A stretch of DNA of 64,000 bases from Camelus dromedarius (GCF_036321535.1 NC_087436.1:32180001-32244000); one strand, 5' to 3'. Positions 39,859-54,370 are shown, counted from the first letter of the stretch. Numbers and translations are program-made. Notes: generated by a model from the letters alone, not told the origin.

Positions 39859-41048
39859 CTGCAAATTATGAAATACAACATAGTGATGATTTTACTATTT
39901 TTTCTCCCTTCAAAATCTAAAGCCAGATTTTTTCTAACAGAGGGAAACTACGTTGGTGCTTCAGTAGATTTTATTAGTGTTACGAAAACTTAACAGTAGT
40001 ATAAGATATTAAACTTAAATTTCCTCCCTAACTATAACAGCCTACTAGTATTTTCACTCTTTCATTCACATTTATTAAGCTACTCCTGTTTTAGGCTTGA
40101 ACTACATAGTAGAATATAACCATAAGGCTGGGTTCCTTGCCTCCGAGAAAATGTTACAGAGATGCTATTTTTCTTCTTTATTCAACTTCTGTCAACTGCA
40201 AAGCATTTATAACTCTAATCCCTTCCTTCTCCAAACTTCCATCGTATTTAAAAGCAGAGGCCTGAATTCTTAGCTGCTGTTCAGATAGGGCAAAGTTACT
40301 CTTACAGAGCACGGATGTCTTTGTGACAGAACTGGCTGGACCACTCTAGAAACCTAATTCTTTAATTCCAGAGACATAGGCAGTTCTGTTAACTCCATTA
40401 TGGAGCTATCAAATCCATTTATATAAAACTACAATCAAACAAATTGTAAGGTTAAGCAGAGATGCACCTAAACTTTCTTTTTCCTTATTTCTCTTTTCTT
40501 CCTCCTTCTCTTTTATCTGCTTATATTCACTCCATTCTTTTTTTTTTTTAATGTTTTCCTTTTCCTCTTGAAATCAAATTGTTTAAAGCCTATTCTCCTG
40601 TTTCTACAGATGCACATATGACATTCTTGCTCTCATTTTATTATGCATGGAAACCTAAATCCATGTTATACCAGCACATGTTATAAAAACTAGAACATAA
40701 GTACATAAAAAGTGAAAAATTTACAAACTGTAGTGAGAATTTAGTAACATAGCCACATAAAAGTTACTAAATCTATAAAATGTTTAATTATAGGTGCGTA
40801 ACAAAATTAAAGTGACCTGACAAGTGTACTGTGGTTATGTAAGATGTTAACATTTAGGGACTCTGGGTAAACAGAGTATATGGGAATTTTCTATACTATT
40901 TTTGTACCTGTTGTAAAGTTTGATTTCAAAACTGGAAAGTTAAAATATCAAAATAAAAGTTAAAAAATAAAAATTTTTAAAGTTCAGAAAGTCACTGATT
41001 AAATATAAGAGTAATAAAAAGATACAGGGGAAAGGACTTAAAACTTAC

Positions 41049-41176
41049 ATCAACACGGAAGTCTTCCAACTTCTTAAAGCTACAGAGGTATTCTTGAAGT
41101 TTTGGGTCAACAGACTGCATCTTAGATTGAGAATATTTTAGATAAGCCCAAAACTTTTCTAATCCATATAGCTGAC
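41049..41176 (-). CDS. LARP1B: LARP1B coding exon (DM15)
   Basis: Acceptor ttag|GT and donor GAT|gtaagt; 128 nt. Encodes (G)QLYGLEKFWAYLKYSQSKMQSVDPKLQEYLCSFKKLEDFRVD. Confidence 0.96.
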
Positions 41177-41879
41177 CTAATAACAAAGAATATACATGAC
41201 AAATTATACAGAATCTTTAAAAAATGATGCATATTGAATATGAGCCTACCAGCGTTAAACCATGTCTTCTAATACACATTTTATCTAGATCTTGAGAATA
41301 AGACACTGTAATGAATACTGGCAGCTAACATTTACTGAGCATTTGCCACATATTTAGTTTTATGCAAATGGCTTATTATATACTAAACTAATTTGAACTA
41401 TATATAACCCTGTAATACAGGTGCTCTTGTGTATATTACTGATGGGTAAACTGAGGCTAACAAGGGTAAGTAACTTACTGCCACAGAGCTACTAGTGGAA
41501 ATGGGATTCAGACTTAAGGATCTAGCCCAGTGCTTGTACTGCTAGCCACTGTGCTGTTCCACATTTCCAAGCGTATCTGCTCATGTTAACACAGAAATTT
41601 CATGTAACAGGACATCAGTGAGTAGTCATGTTTGTCAAAGGAATAATGGCAAAAAACAAATCCATAAAGGAAACACTTGGGAGTGCTTATTTTTCCAACA
41701 CCTCACAGGAAAGGCCTTCTTACTATATGGTGCTCCATCCTTCATCATGAACTGTAGTGTCCTGAAAGTCTTAAGTGGTTTTCCCTGAAAAATAAGTTAT
41801 GAACTACCCCCCTATTTATTGACAGACTTAGGTTTACAATTTCCAAGTAGAATAAGGTTGTTGTTTTGTTTTGTTTTAC

Positions 41880-41989
41880 CAGATTCGTAGTCTTTTTTGG
41901 TTTCTTCTTCGAAATCCTTAAAAATTTCTTGTCTGAATTTTTTTTCCAGTCCATAACTATAAAACCTGAACAGACACTCTAATCCATAC
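41880..41989 (-). CDS. LARP1B: LARP1B coding exon (DM15)
   Basis: Acceptor cgacag|G and donor G|gtaaaa; 110 nt. Encodes (R)[36 protein letters not shown]; the frame is intact across the A8 run. Confidence 0.96.
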
Positions 41990-44034
41990 CTGTCGAGCAG
42001 AGGGGGAAAGGTTTATAATAAAATTTTTGCTATAATAATGCAAACATCTCATATTAACTAATAGCATTGATACAAGCAAACATGGCACAAATAATCCCAA
42101 ACAAAAATGTTTAAATGTATGTAATGTTTAGTATGCAGATTTTTAGCTGAAGTGGTAACTAGAAATCCATAGCTGGCTTTGCTATTTTTGTTAACTCAGC
42201 CATAGCATTTCATGGAGGTACACTGGGAATCTGCAGAATAAGAGGCAACCCTTGGACAACTAGAGTATGGCTTCTTTGGACAGACAGAGAATCTCTCCCT
42301 GGTATTTCGAAGAATTGGTTAAAATGTTTAGCGACACACAACATTGTAAATCAACTATACTTCAATTTTAAAAAAACATTTAGTGACAAATTGGCAATGT
42401 TTTAGATTTTTTTTCCTAAACTAAGGTTTATAATGATGTTAGTGCATGGTATTAAATACTATTGAATATTTTTTTACGGTAGAGAGATAAACACCATACT
42501 CTTGGGCCATAGACCCTAGGTGTGGTTGACTAAACTATAAAGGGACAAACCTAATTAAATGGCCTAAGAGAGCCTTCCTGCTTTAGTTATAAAGTACATT
42601 TAATAAAAGATATTTTGCCAAAAGAATTGTAATCACTACATAAATCAGAAAATAAATGTTTCCTCTTATAACTACCTAGAGAAACTGAGGCAAGTTTTGG
42701 ACAGTGAATCAGGAAACTACATGGGCTCAATCTTCAACTAATGGTGATGAGCAGAACCCATGAGAGTGGACATGGACAAGATCAATGGACAGCAGTAAAA
42801 GGACTGCCTAGTTCACTCAACTAAAACATGTCACAATCAAAAAACTCCTCAGCTGGAATCCTTAAGTCATTCTGGGTGCCTCACTGGAGTAGAAGCCACA
42901 ATTTCTTTAGTCCTGGTAACATAATACTGCCTGGTTGTTATTTATAGGAAGAAGGGTGTGTGTGTCTGTGTCTGTATGTATATGTCTTTTGTAACCAGCT
43001 TATTTACAAGATGGAGACTAATGGTCTCTTCAGAAGAATAAAGAGGTCTCTTGGCAAGGTGCCGAGAGAATTCTAGGACTACCAATGAATCACTACCATG
43101 AGCTTTTTCCTTTGGTAGCCATAAGTGATGCCATTCTTTGAGCCTGTATTATTAAAGGCTAAGGAAACTGAGGACTAAAGTAACACCAGCTCAAATGACA
43201 AAACTGCCTTGACACTCCCCTATGGGCTCAGATTATATTGATACCAGTGGTTCTCAAACTTGGTTACAGATACAGAGTATCTGGGGAGCTTTTAAAAGAT
43301 GCCTAGATGCTAATGCCCGGTCTCTTCTCCAAACCAATGAAATCATAATCTTTGCAGGTGGATCCTAGGCCTCCTTCTTTCTTTCTTTCTGGAAAGCAGA
43401 ACTGAGAAATCTGGGGTTTTATCGAGTAAATGACATTTTAGAGGAATGTTAGAATTCTTAGATTATTGGTAAAGGCCAATGAACCACTACAATATTTGAA
43501 TTTCTAGTCTTATTTTTTAGCAAACTAGTTCCAAAGGTCCAAAATATGACATTAATAACACAACCCAAATATGCAGCATAAGTGCTGGAGTGAAGAGCAG
43601 GAGCAAATGACCAGCTTCTTTCATTTGCTCACTTACTCCTCAGCTCAGAGGAGGGGAAAACATAAAGGCTGAGAACCAGAAAGAACTATATTTGAATTCT
43701 AGGCTTATAATCATATCCCTAAAAATGAGAATAATAATAATATCCTACTTTTCAAGAACAGATAATATTTGTAAAGCACTTAGACCAGAGCTGGCACATT
43801 GCAGATATGTATGTAATAAATGTTATTTCTCTCCTTCCTTCTTGAAACCATCTTACTGCTGTCATTAGTCAATGGATATATTTAGTACTAGTCTTCTTCC
43901 CAACAGAATAACCATTTATTCAAGACTTATCATGTATATCAGATATGTTAAGTACTTTACATGTTCTGTTTTGTTTAATCTTCACAACAACCCTATGAGG
44001 GTATCTACCTACCATAATTTCCCCCCACTTTATT

Positions 44035-44160
44035 CTTTTTTTGTGTGTGTGGGGTATTGGCTTTATTTATTTGTTTTCTTAGAGGAGGTATTGGGGAATG
44101 AAGCTAGGACCTTGTGCATGCTAAACATGCGCTCTACTACTTGAGCTATACACTCTTCAC
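44035..44160 (-). mobile_element. tRNA-derived SINE within a MIR
   Basis: Same family as 7378-7514, more diverged. Confidence 0.8.
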
Positions 44161-44622
44161 TTTAAAAAGAACCTAAAACTTACTGGGATTATAACTTGCC
44201 AAGGTCACAGTAAGTTACTGAGCTGGGACTCAAAACCAGGTTTGATTTCAAAGCCTTCAGGTGCTTAACCACTGTGCTATACTTTCTAAGGAGTAGCTAA
44301 TCCAGTCTAGTTATGAATACTGCAGAAACAGACCAAATTAGAAAATTGTTTTAAAAAGCAATTAGAAACATACACAGAATACCACAGGAACAAAGAATAG
44401 GAACTCTCTATCTAGACTTGGGTAGAAATGGGATCAGAATAGTTAATAGAATGTCCTGAGGAACAAACAAATTGTGTGCCTAAATAGCTAAATAAACTAA
44501 GATTAATTATAACAGAGGCTTTCATACTTTTCTAAATCCAATAGTAATAAAATATTTTACCTTGTGACCAAGTCAACACATCACTCACATATATGTGTGT
44601 GTACATAAAAGCATATATAAGT

Positions 44623-44760
44623 GGGGGAGGGTGTAGCTCAAGTGGTAAAGGACTTTCTTAGCATACACAAGGTCTCGAGTTCAATCCCTAGCACCTCCTC
44701 TAAAAATAAGTAAATAAACCTAACTACCTCCCCTCACAAGCAAAAAGTTAAAAAAAAAAA
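44623..44760 (+). mobile_element. tRNA-derived SINE with TSD
   Basis: GGGGGAGGGTGTAGCTCAAGTGGTA...GTTCAATCCC, an A tail, and TSD aaaagcatatataag on both sides. Confidence 0.9.
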
Positions 44761-45669
44761 AGCATATATAAGCTTTGCAAGTAATTCTTAAATTTGTATG
44801 CATGTATGAATTATAATACATATTAATCCTACTATGATCAGTGTAGTCTTATATTTTCCACTGTATTTTTAAGTAAGTCACAACCACTAAACTGATTTCA
44901 CAACCCACTAGTGGGTAGAAAACCATAGTCTGAATGAGAACACTGAGATCAGAAATGGCAAATTTTGCCTTTTGTGCCAAGTTTGGTAAACTGGCAGAAG
45001 CTATTAAAGCTGTGATAAAGACTATAAATCTGAATTCAAGAACAATATTAAACAATGCTGGGATGATTAAAGATGTCAGTAATGGACAGAGGAGAGGGAA
45101 ACAGAGGTACACATGCCATGTATCTGTCATTCCTTTATCTGATAAAGATTCTAGATGAAAATTAAATGGGCTTTATTTTTACACAAGTCAGTGCAAATGT
45201 AAATTTTTTTCAGAAAAATTTATTTGTAACATCTTGTATTCCTCTTGAATACCACAATATCTGATTAATAATATATTCTTATTTGAGATTTACAAGAGGA
45301 ATCTATTTTTAGAAACTGAAGAAGGGTAAATTCAGGTAAATATTCAGTGGGAAATTATCTTTTTTCTGCTTCCATCTCATCTTTCCTTCCTCCCTTTTCC
45401 CAGGAATAAAAAGCTTGCATGAGTCCATTTCATGTTGCTTCTCTCCCTCTTGGTCTGGTCTCAACTCAGTCCTACAGGCACAAACTTAACCCTAAACATT
45501 TCTCAAGGAAGCAAGATCTAATCTGGGCAAAAAAGAAGAGTTAGCAAAGCAGAGGGAGGAAGAAGAGAAGAGCAAGCAGAGGTAAAAATATGTACAGATG
45601 TCTAGAGGCTACAGAGCTCAGTTCATTTGCAGAGTATGTATTTCAGTACTACTGTGGCCTGGAAGACTA

Positions 45670-45902
45670 CAGCTGACCCTTCAACGTATGAGGGTTAAGA
45701 GCTCCAACGCTCCCAGTCAGAAATCTGAGTGCAACTTAAGGTTGGCCCTTCACATATACATGGTTCCTCTGTATCTTCAGTTCCTCATCAGCAGATTCAA
45801 TCAAGCACGGATTATGCAGTGCTGTAGGATTTAATACTGATTTTTCAGATCTGCATATAAGGACCTATGCAGTTGAAACCCATATTGCTCAAGGGTCAAC
45901 TG
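45670..45902. mobile_element. Tigger-family MITE
   Basis: Terminal inverted repeats cagctgacccttcaac ... ctcaagggtcaactg. Confidence 0.75.
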
Positions 45903-46102
45903 TTGTAGGAAAAAACGAGATTGAACAGGTGAGTCAGGATGTACCATGAGAGGCCTTACTTTTTCTGGACTCAAGGAATCTTAACAACTGGTTTGGCTCT
46001 AAGCATGTATCAACTTGGGGATGCATATGCACATCCAAGATAAATCTGTAATGGTGGGAACAAGAATGAGAAAAATCTCTCTTTTAAATTTCATTTGGCC
46101 TT

Positions 46103-46604
46103 TGTATCAGACCCTAAGATGGTTCCAAATAATCCTACCTCTCGATACGAGCAACTCTGTGTAGTCTCCTTCCACACTGTACCAGGGCTGGTCTGTGTGA
46201 ACACTATTAACATGACAGAAGTGATGTCACTTACAAGTACAGGTTATATAAGACACTGAGGCTTCCATCTTGGAAGTTCTCCCCGTTTCTTAAATCATTC
46301 ACTCTGGGTGAAGTCATGTTGTGAAATGCCCTACGGGGAGGCCTATTTGGTGAGGTGCTGAAGCTTCCTGCCAACACACATGCAAATGAGCTTGAAGAGG
46401 ATCCTCTAGCCTGTTAAGTCTTCAGAGACTGCAGCCCTGTCCAATACCTTGACTGCAGTCCTGTAAGAGACCTGAGCCAGGGCCATCCAACTAAGCTGTT
46501 TCTGGAGTCTTGACCTTCAGAAACTGTGAACTAATAAACGTTCGCTGTTTTAAGCTTCTGAGTTTTGGGGTAATATGCTATGCAGCAACAGACAACTTAA
46601 ATAT
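46103..46604 (+). mobile_element. MLT1-type MaLR LTR
   Basis: 3' end aataaacgttcgctgttttaagc...gggtaatatgctatgcagcaacagacaact. Confidence 0.8.
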
Positions 46605-46706
46605 AGCCCTCTCTTCGGTTTCACAATTCAAAATCAGGCTACTTCAGTACTAGTTTTTAGTATTTTTAAAAAACTCCAAGTGTAAAAACATGAGAAAATA
46701 TTTGAC

Positions 46707-46851
46707 CTGTAATTTTCTTTTGCATCTTCCCAAGCAAGTTGTCTAAATTCCTCATACATTTTTTTATTGAAATGATCTCTGAGGAAAAAGGACCAGAAAC
46801 GAAAGAGGGTATTCATTTCTTGGGACTGGCCAATTCCCAAGCGTTTTCTCT
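46707..46851 (-). CDS. LARP1B: LARP1B coding exon (DM15)
   Basis: Acceptor ttccag|AG and donor AG|gtcaaa; 145 nt. Encodes (E)[47 protein letters not shown]. Confidence 0.96.
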
Positions 46852-47201
46852 CTGGAAAAAAATCAAAACAGCAGATGTTTTATATAACTTAAAAAAAAAT
46901 AAAGCCGAAACATGAATCCTCAAAACGTATTTGGGTTTCTTCTAAACAAAGAACTAATAATCCATTTTCTGACACATTGCTCAAATTTAAGTATTTGCCA
47001 ATAGTAATAAGATATACTAAACTTTACTTCATAATATGTCTAAAGTACAAAATACATGAATAAAGAATATATATATAAGCACATCTACTTAAGGAAATTG
47101 TAACAGAAGAATATTTTAACCTGATATTAAATGTCACAATTTTAATTTTTTAGAATTATATTTTAATTTTAAATATAGATATACAAAGGAAGGTATCTTA
47201 C

Positions 47202-47362
47202 CACTTAGGCATCTTCGACGATACTTGTGGTATACTTGTTGGGTAAAGCCATTTTCCTTCAAAAGTTCATGAGAAGGGTGCTGGAACTTCGGGAATGAAT
47301 GAGGAGTACATCCATAACTTCCTACTAGTGGTGCACCTTCTGAAGGCGAAGCATTTGAACTG
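47202..47362 (-). CDS. LARP1B: LARP1B coding exon (start of DM15 region)
   Basis: Acceptor aacag|CAG and donor G|gtaaga; 161 nt, phase 2 to phase 1. Encodes SSNASPSEGAPLVGSYGCTPHSFPKFQHPSHELLKENGFTQQVYHKYRRRCLS. Confidence 0.95.
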
Positions 47363-48609
47363 CTGTTTGAGGAGGGGGAAAATGTGTTCAAACTGAAATA
47401 TCAAGAACCAAGTGCTTAAACCAATTTGAACTATTTGTTACTGAGAGTCTGAGCAGTGGAAAAGACATTAGTCCCCAAAACTCACCTAAACTACTGAACA
47501 TACAGATCTACATATGAATTGCTATTTATGTTCAATACATGGGTAAATTCCAAAGTTGATAAAGAACATAGTCATAAATTCTCAAACTAAAACTGTAAGT
47601 AGAAGCACATAATTAAATAATTAGCTTATTCCTCTTCTAGATCCATTATTAATTTAGTTTAGATTAGTTTATTTTTCTTATGTTAGCAGGGAAATTTTCA
47701 GTCGTCATAAGTAATTAGGTTAATGATATACACTGAATCAGCAGAAACAAGGGATAAAACCTGGTACAAAGGCAATAATTTCATTATCCCAAAGACACAC
47801 TTGCAATTCTGTAAATCTATTCCATTTCTGATATTTCGCCTATATCTTTTCTTTCTCATCTGCACTTCATTATTCAAATTGAGGCTTTCCTCCTCTTTCA
47901 CTTGAATTAACTGGTCTCCTTGTTTTTCCAATCTCTCTCCTCTTTCTGCCACCAAAATGATCTGTCTAAGACTGATCTAAATAAATGGTTCTCAACATGT
48001 GGTCTGTAGATGCTTGGAGGGGTTCCCAAAAACCTTTCAGAAAGTCTGCAAAATCAAAACTATTTTCATAATAATACTAAGATATTATTTGCCCTTTTCA
48101 CTGTGTTCACATTTGTGCTGATAGTGCTAAAGCAATGATGTATAAAACTGTTAATGTAAACCCAGGCAGTGGTTACTAGTGGTTGTATTATTCACTGCTA
48201 TGTACTTGAATTTTTTTTTAAATGCCAGTTTCAACTTAGGATGTCCTTGCTGAAGAAAAAAAAAAAAGTAACTTTATGAAATTTCAGCCCTTGAGTACAT
48301 GTCTTACTTACTGTGTGTGACAAAATGGGGAAAGAAGCTGTAGTTTTGCAAAATGAAAAAGTTCTGCAGATGTTTCACAGCAACGTGAAGATACTTAACA
48401 CTACCAAACCATATTCTCAAAAATAGTTAAGATGGCAAATTTTATGTTATATGTTTTGTTTTTTATTGTAATAGTTAAGGGGGAGAAAGCACTTTAACAG
48501 CACATCAAAGTACGATGGCTGCTGTTATCAACTAAATATTTGTTGAATTCCTAATTTCCAATGTGATGGTATTAGGAGGTAACTGAGTCTTGACGGTAGA
48601 GATCTCATG

Positions 48610-51600
48610 GCCTCAGAGAATAAGCATTCCCTTCTCTTCAATTTCTCAAAAAAAAACTGAGAAGGATTAGTGTTAAATCTTCAAATATTTGGTAGAATTC
48701 ACTAATGAAGCCATTTAGTCTAGAATTTTGTTACGGATTTTTGATTACTGATTTGATCTCTTTACTTCTTATAGGTAGGTTGAATTTTTTATTTCTTCTT
48801 AAATCAGCTTAGGTAATTTATATGTTTAAATAAATTTATGCATTTCTTCCAGGTTACCTAATTTGTTGACGTATAATTTTTTATAGTATTCTCTTAGAAT
48901 CCTTTTTCTCTCTGTAAGGTCAGTAGTAAAATCTCCATTTTCATTTCTGATTTTAGTTACTTGCATCTTCTTTTGTCCCCTGGCAGTTTAGCTAAAGAAG
49001 GGTTTGTCAGTTATGTTGATCTTCTCAAAGAACCAACTTTTGGTTTCATTGATTTTCTCTATTGTTGTTTTCTTCTCTATATTGTTTATCTTTGCTCTAA
49101 CCTTTGATATTTCCTTCCTTCTGCTATCTTTGGATTTAGTTTGCTCTTCTTTTTTAAGTTCCTTAAGGTATAATGTTATGTTATTGATTTGTGATCTTTC
49201 TTCTTTTTAAATGTAGGCATTTATAGCTACAAATTTCCCTCTAAGCACTGCTTCCCCTGCACCCCATAAGATGTGGTACGCTGTGTTTCTGTTTTCATTT
49301 ATCTCTAAGTACAGTCAGTCCTCAGTATTTGTGAGGGATTAGTTACAGAACCCTCCACAGATGCAGAATCCATGGATGTGGAAGGCCAACTGTATTTTCT
49401 AATTTCCATCATGATTTCTCCTTTGACCTAGGAGTTGCTTAAAAATGTATTGTTTAATCTCCACATTTTCAGTTTTCCTTCTGTTAAGGATTTCTAACAT
49501 CATGCCACTGAGGTAAAAGAAGATAGCTTGTGTGATACTTCTACTGAAACTTCTATTATGGCCTAACACATGGTCTATTGTGGAGAATTTCCCATGTGTA
49601 CTTCAGAATTTGTATTCTGTTGTTGTTGGTTGAAATATTCTATAAATGTCTGTTAGTTCTAATTGCTTATAGTGTTATCCAAGTCCTCTATTTTGTTACT
49701 CATCTTATGTTGGGTCGATCTATGCATTATTGAAAGCAGGGTATTGAAATCTCCAACTATTCTTGTAGAATTGTTTATTTCTCCTCTCAATTCCATCAAT
49801 TTCTGCTTCATATATCTTGAGCAGCTGCTATTAGTTACATAAATGTTTATAACTGTTATATATTCTTTTATACTGAACTTCAATTAATATATAATGTCCT
49901 TATCCCTTATAATTCTTTTTGGATTTAAAGTGTATTTTGTCTGATATTAAAATATCAGCTCTCTTACATTTGCATCTTTTACCACCATTTCATTTTCAAT
50001 CTATTTGTGTTTTTGAATCTAAGTCTCCAGTAGACAGTATATATAGTTGGATCATGTGTTTATACCATTCTGCCAATCTCTGTCTTCTGACTGGAAAATA
50101 CAATCTATTTACATTTGAAGTAACTACTGATAAGGAGGCACCTACCACTTTATTAGTTTTCTATGTGCCTTATAGATTTATTGTCCCTCACTTCCTCTGT
50201 TACTGCCTGCTTTTGTGTTGTTTTTTTCTTTTGAGTGAAATATTTGATTCCCTTCTCATTTCCTTTTATATATATTCTATTGATTTTTTTTTGTGGTTAT
50301 CATGAAGATTACACTTAACAAAAACTCTGCTCTTATACACTTCTGTTTTCCCCTTTCTATTACTGATGTCATAGATTACATATTTATATACTGTATACCC
50401 AACATAGATTAATTTTTTTAATGCATTTGTCTTTTAAATCACATAGAAAGTTGAAACTGGAGTTGCAAATTAAATTGCATTTTTACCAAAGATCTTTCTT
50501 TCTTCATACGGCTTCATGTTACTGTCTAGTGTCCATTCGTTTCAAGCTAAGGACTACAATTTCTTGCTGAGAAGGTCTAGTGGTGATGAACTCCTTCAGC
50601 TTTTTTTTTTTTTTTAATAGACTTTATCTTTTAGGGCAACATTAGGGTTACTGAGTGGAAGGTACTGAGCTTTCCCTAAACCCTCTGTATTCTGGCTCCC
50701 CACACCACAGCTTCCCCCACTATCAACATTCACCACATCTAGCACCAGAGTGGTACATATGTTACAAATGAGGAGCCTACACTGATACATCATAATCACT
50801 GAAACATCATAATCACTGAAAGTCTGTAGTTACATTAGCGTTTACTCTTGGTGTTGTACATTTCACTGGCTTGTAAATGTATAACCAGATGTAGCCATCA
50901 TTATAGTAGCATACATGGTATTTCACAGCCCAGAAAATCCTCTTTGGTCCACCTATTCATCCCTCCCTACCCACAACCCCTTGAAACAACTGGTCTTTTT
51001 TATTATCTCCATAGTTTTCCTTTTCCAGAGTGTCAAATAGTTGAAATCATACAGTATATAGCCTTTTCAAATTGGATTCCTTCACTTAGTAGTATGCGTT
51101 TACAGTTCATCCATGTCTTTTCATGGTTTGATCACTTGTTTATTTTTAACACTGGGTACTATTCCATTGTCTGGATATACTACAGTTTATTTACCCATTT
51201 GCCTAATGAAGGACATCTTGGTTGCTTCCAAGTTTTGGCAATTATGATTAAAGCTACTATAAACACTCATGTGCAGGTTTTTGTGTGAACATAAGTTTTC
51301 AGCTCCTTTGGGTAAGTACCAAGGAGGGCAGTTGCTAGATTGTATGGTAAGAGCATGTTTAGTTTTGCAAGAAACTTCCAAACTGTCTTCCAAGGTGGGT
51401 GTACTATTTTGCATTCTTACCATCAATGAATGAGAGTTCCTGTTGCTCCACATTCTCACCAGCAGTTAGTGTTGTCAGTATTCTGGATTTTAGCTTTTCT
51501 AATATGTGTGTGTAGTAGAATCTCATTGTTGTCTTTCTTTCAGTTCTCTGATGATATATGATGTGGAGTATCTGCATATGCTTATTTGCCATGTATATAT

Positions 51601-54370
51601 CTTCTTTAGTGAGATGTTTTTCCAGGTCTTTGGCCCATTTTCTAATCAGTTTTTTTTTTTTTAAACTCTTGAGTTTTAAGAGTTCTTTGTATATTTTGGA
51701 CAGTAGTCCCACCAAGTCTCTTGCAAATATTTTCTGCCGTTCTGTGCCTTGTCTTCTCATTCTCTTGTCAGTGTTGTTCCCAGAGCAAAAGTTTTTCATT
51801 TAATGAAGTCCAGCTTATCTATTTCTTCCTTCATGAATTTTGCTTTTGGTGTCATATTTAAAAAGTCATCACCAAACCCAAGATCAGGTAGATTTTTCTC
51901 CTCTTATCTTCTAAGAGTTTTATGGTTTTGTGTTTTACATTTAGGTCTGTGATCCATTTTGAGTTAATTTTTGTGATGGGTGTAAGATCTATGTTTATAC
52001 TTATTTTTTGCATGTGGATGTCCAACTGTTCCAGCACCATTAGTTAGAAAGATTATCTGTGCTCCATTGTAATGCCTTTGGTCCTTTCGTCAAAGACCAT
52101 TTGACTATATTTATGTGGGTCTATTTCTGGGCTCTCTATTCTGTTCCATTCATCTATTTGTCTATTTTTTCACCAATATCACACTGTCTTCATCATTGTA
52201 GCTTTATAATAGGTCTTGAAGCCAAGTAGTATCAATTTTATAACTTTGTTCTTCTCTTCAAATATTGTGTTGGCTATTCTGGGTCTTTTGCTTCATCATA
52301 TACTTCAGAATCAATTTTTGTTTTTAAATGGAAGTATTGAGGATTGAACCCAGGGCCTCGTGTATGCTAAGCATGTGCTCTACCACTGAGCTATGCCCAC
52401 CTCCCTGAGAATCAGTTTGTTAATATGCACAAAATAACTTCCTGGGATTTTTTTTATTGGAATTGTATTGAATATGTAGATCAAGTTGGGAAAAACTGAC
52501 ATCTTGACAATATTGAGTCTTTCTATCTTTGAACATGGAACATATCTCCATTCATTTAGTTTCTTGATTCCTTTCATCAGAGTTTTATAGTTTTCCTCAT
52601 ATAAATCTTGTACATATTCTGTTAGGTTTATACCTAACTATTTCTTTTTGGTGGATGATAAATAGTATTTCACTTTTAATTTCAAATTCTACTAGTTTAT
52701 TGCTAGTATATAGGAAGTGATTGACTTTTATATGTTAATCATGTATCCTGTAATCTTGCTATAATTATTTATTAGTTCCAGGAGTTTTTGTTCATTATTT
52801 ATGACTTCCTACATACGCAATCATGTCATCTGTGAACAAAAGCAGTTTTATTTCTTCTTTCCAAATCAATATATCATTTCCTTTTCTTTTCCCTCACGCT
52901 TTGTTTATCTTTGAATATCTCTCTCAATTCTGAAGGGCAGTTTTGCCAGATATGGAATTCTTAGTTCAGCTGATACATTTAGTAAGGATTCCATGTATGT
53001 GATGAGTCTCTTCTCTCTTGCTGCTTTCAAGATTTCCTCTTAGTCTTTGATTTTTAACAGTTTGATTATATTATGTCTTGGTGCGAGTCTCTGTGGATTT
53101 AATCCTACCTCAAGTTCATTAAGCTTATCAGATTTGTAGATTCATATATTTCATCAAATTGGGAGGTTTTCTGTCACTATTCTTTCAGCGCCTTTTTTCT
53201 CCTTTCCTACTGAGATTCCCACAATGTATGTATTGGTTCAGTTTATGTGTCCTACAGGTCCCTTAGATACTATTTATTTTTTCTTCATGCTTTCTGTTCC
53301 TCAGACTTGATAATTTTAAATTGCCCCATCTTTAAGTCTGCTGATTCTTCTTTCTTCTGTTTGATGAAATCTGCTTTTGAACACTCTGATGCATTTTTCA
53401 TTTCAGTTATTATATTTTCTTCTCCAGAATTCCTTTCTGGGTCCTCTGTAAAATTTCTATTTCTTTATTGATGATCTTGTTTTCTTCATACATTGTTTTT
53501 CTATTTTTACCCATATCTTCCTTTAGCTTTCTGAATATCTTTAAAATAGCTGTTTTAGAGACTTTGCCTAGAAAAAATGGCATCCAAGCTTCATCAGGTA
53601 CATTTTCTGTCTATTAATTTTGTTCCTTCAAATGGGCCATATTTTCTTATTTCTTTTTTTTAAGGCTTGTGATTTTTTGTTGAATGCTGAACATTTGAAT
53701 CTTATGATGTGGTAACTCTGGAAATCAGATGCTCCCTCTTCCCCAGGGTTTCCTGTTTTTTGTTTGTTTGTTTGTTTGTTTTTCAATTGTTGCAGGGTGC
53801 TTCTGTGCTGGGACAAGCCTGAGGTGAAAGCTTAAATTCTCCTAAGGTCTTTTCCGAGCCTACAGCTGTCCTTGGGCATGGGTGGTAGTTTTCTAAATTT
53901 ACTGCTATTAGCAGTTGTTTCTGAACATCAAAAAACAAATAAAAAGGACAGTCACACAGTGAGACGAAACAATGGCCACCAGACTATGTCTGCACTTTGT
54001 TGCTAAGCGGCAATTAGCAGTCAAAACACAGAACTCCAATATTTGGAGGATATGGTCCTTCCTGCCTATTCTGGATCCAGCAAGCCATACCAGAAATGTG
54101 GGTTGCCATCTTCCCAAATACCTGTCACAGGGCTGAGGCGGGGGTGGGAAATGCTACTAGAGGATCAAAGGCTGACATCAACCAGTATTAATAATTTACA
54201 AGACAAGCTTTCCCCTGGAAGCTATATGTGTTCAAGTAGACTATACAATTCCATAATGTCAATGCCGACAGTTTCTGCTAGTAAAATTGTCTAAGTGGTG
54301 AGAAGGATTCCTGTTCTTTCCCCCTCTGCTATCTTCCTGACATTACTCTCCCTTGTGGTTATTTTTTTAA
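48610..54370 (-). mobile_element. Old L1 (ORF1/endonuclease region) interrupted by a second L1
   Basis: Minus-strand endonuclease remnant (ITVINIYV...IVGDFNTLLS, ORF 49659-49883). The sequence breaks at ccttcagcttt (about 50600) and resumes at cctcacgcttt (about 52892). Confidence 0.8.
50601..52890 (-). mobile_element. L1MC-like 3' fragment, copy A (contains a SINE at about 52314-52405)
   Basis: T-run tail at about 50600-50615, 3'UTR and ORF2 remnants ([24 protein letters not shown]). Confidence 0.88.

Noticed and set aside
41745..41954. Apparent frameshift or pseudogenisation of LARP1B suggested by ORF 41745-41954
   Set aside because: That ORF is in another frame. The real exon 41880-41989 translates cleanly with correct phases.
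44623..44700. tRNA-like sequences (also at about 7440, 28940, 44085, 52330 and 54870) as tRNA genes
   Set aside because: They have A-rich tails, TSDs and multiple diverged copies, so they are tRNA-derived SINEs.
50848..51288. Identical 146-aa ORFs at 50848-51288 (+) and 60836-61276 (-) as a duplicated novel gene
   Set aside because: Both are antisense translations of an L1 3' region. Their identity reflects the inverted repeat, not a protein-coding gene.
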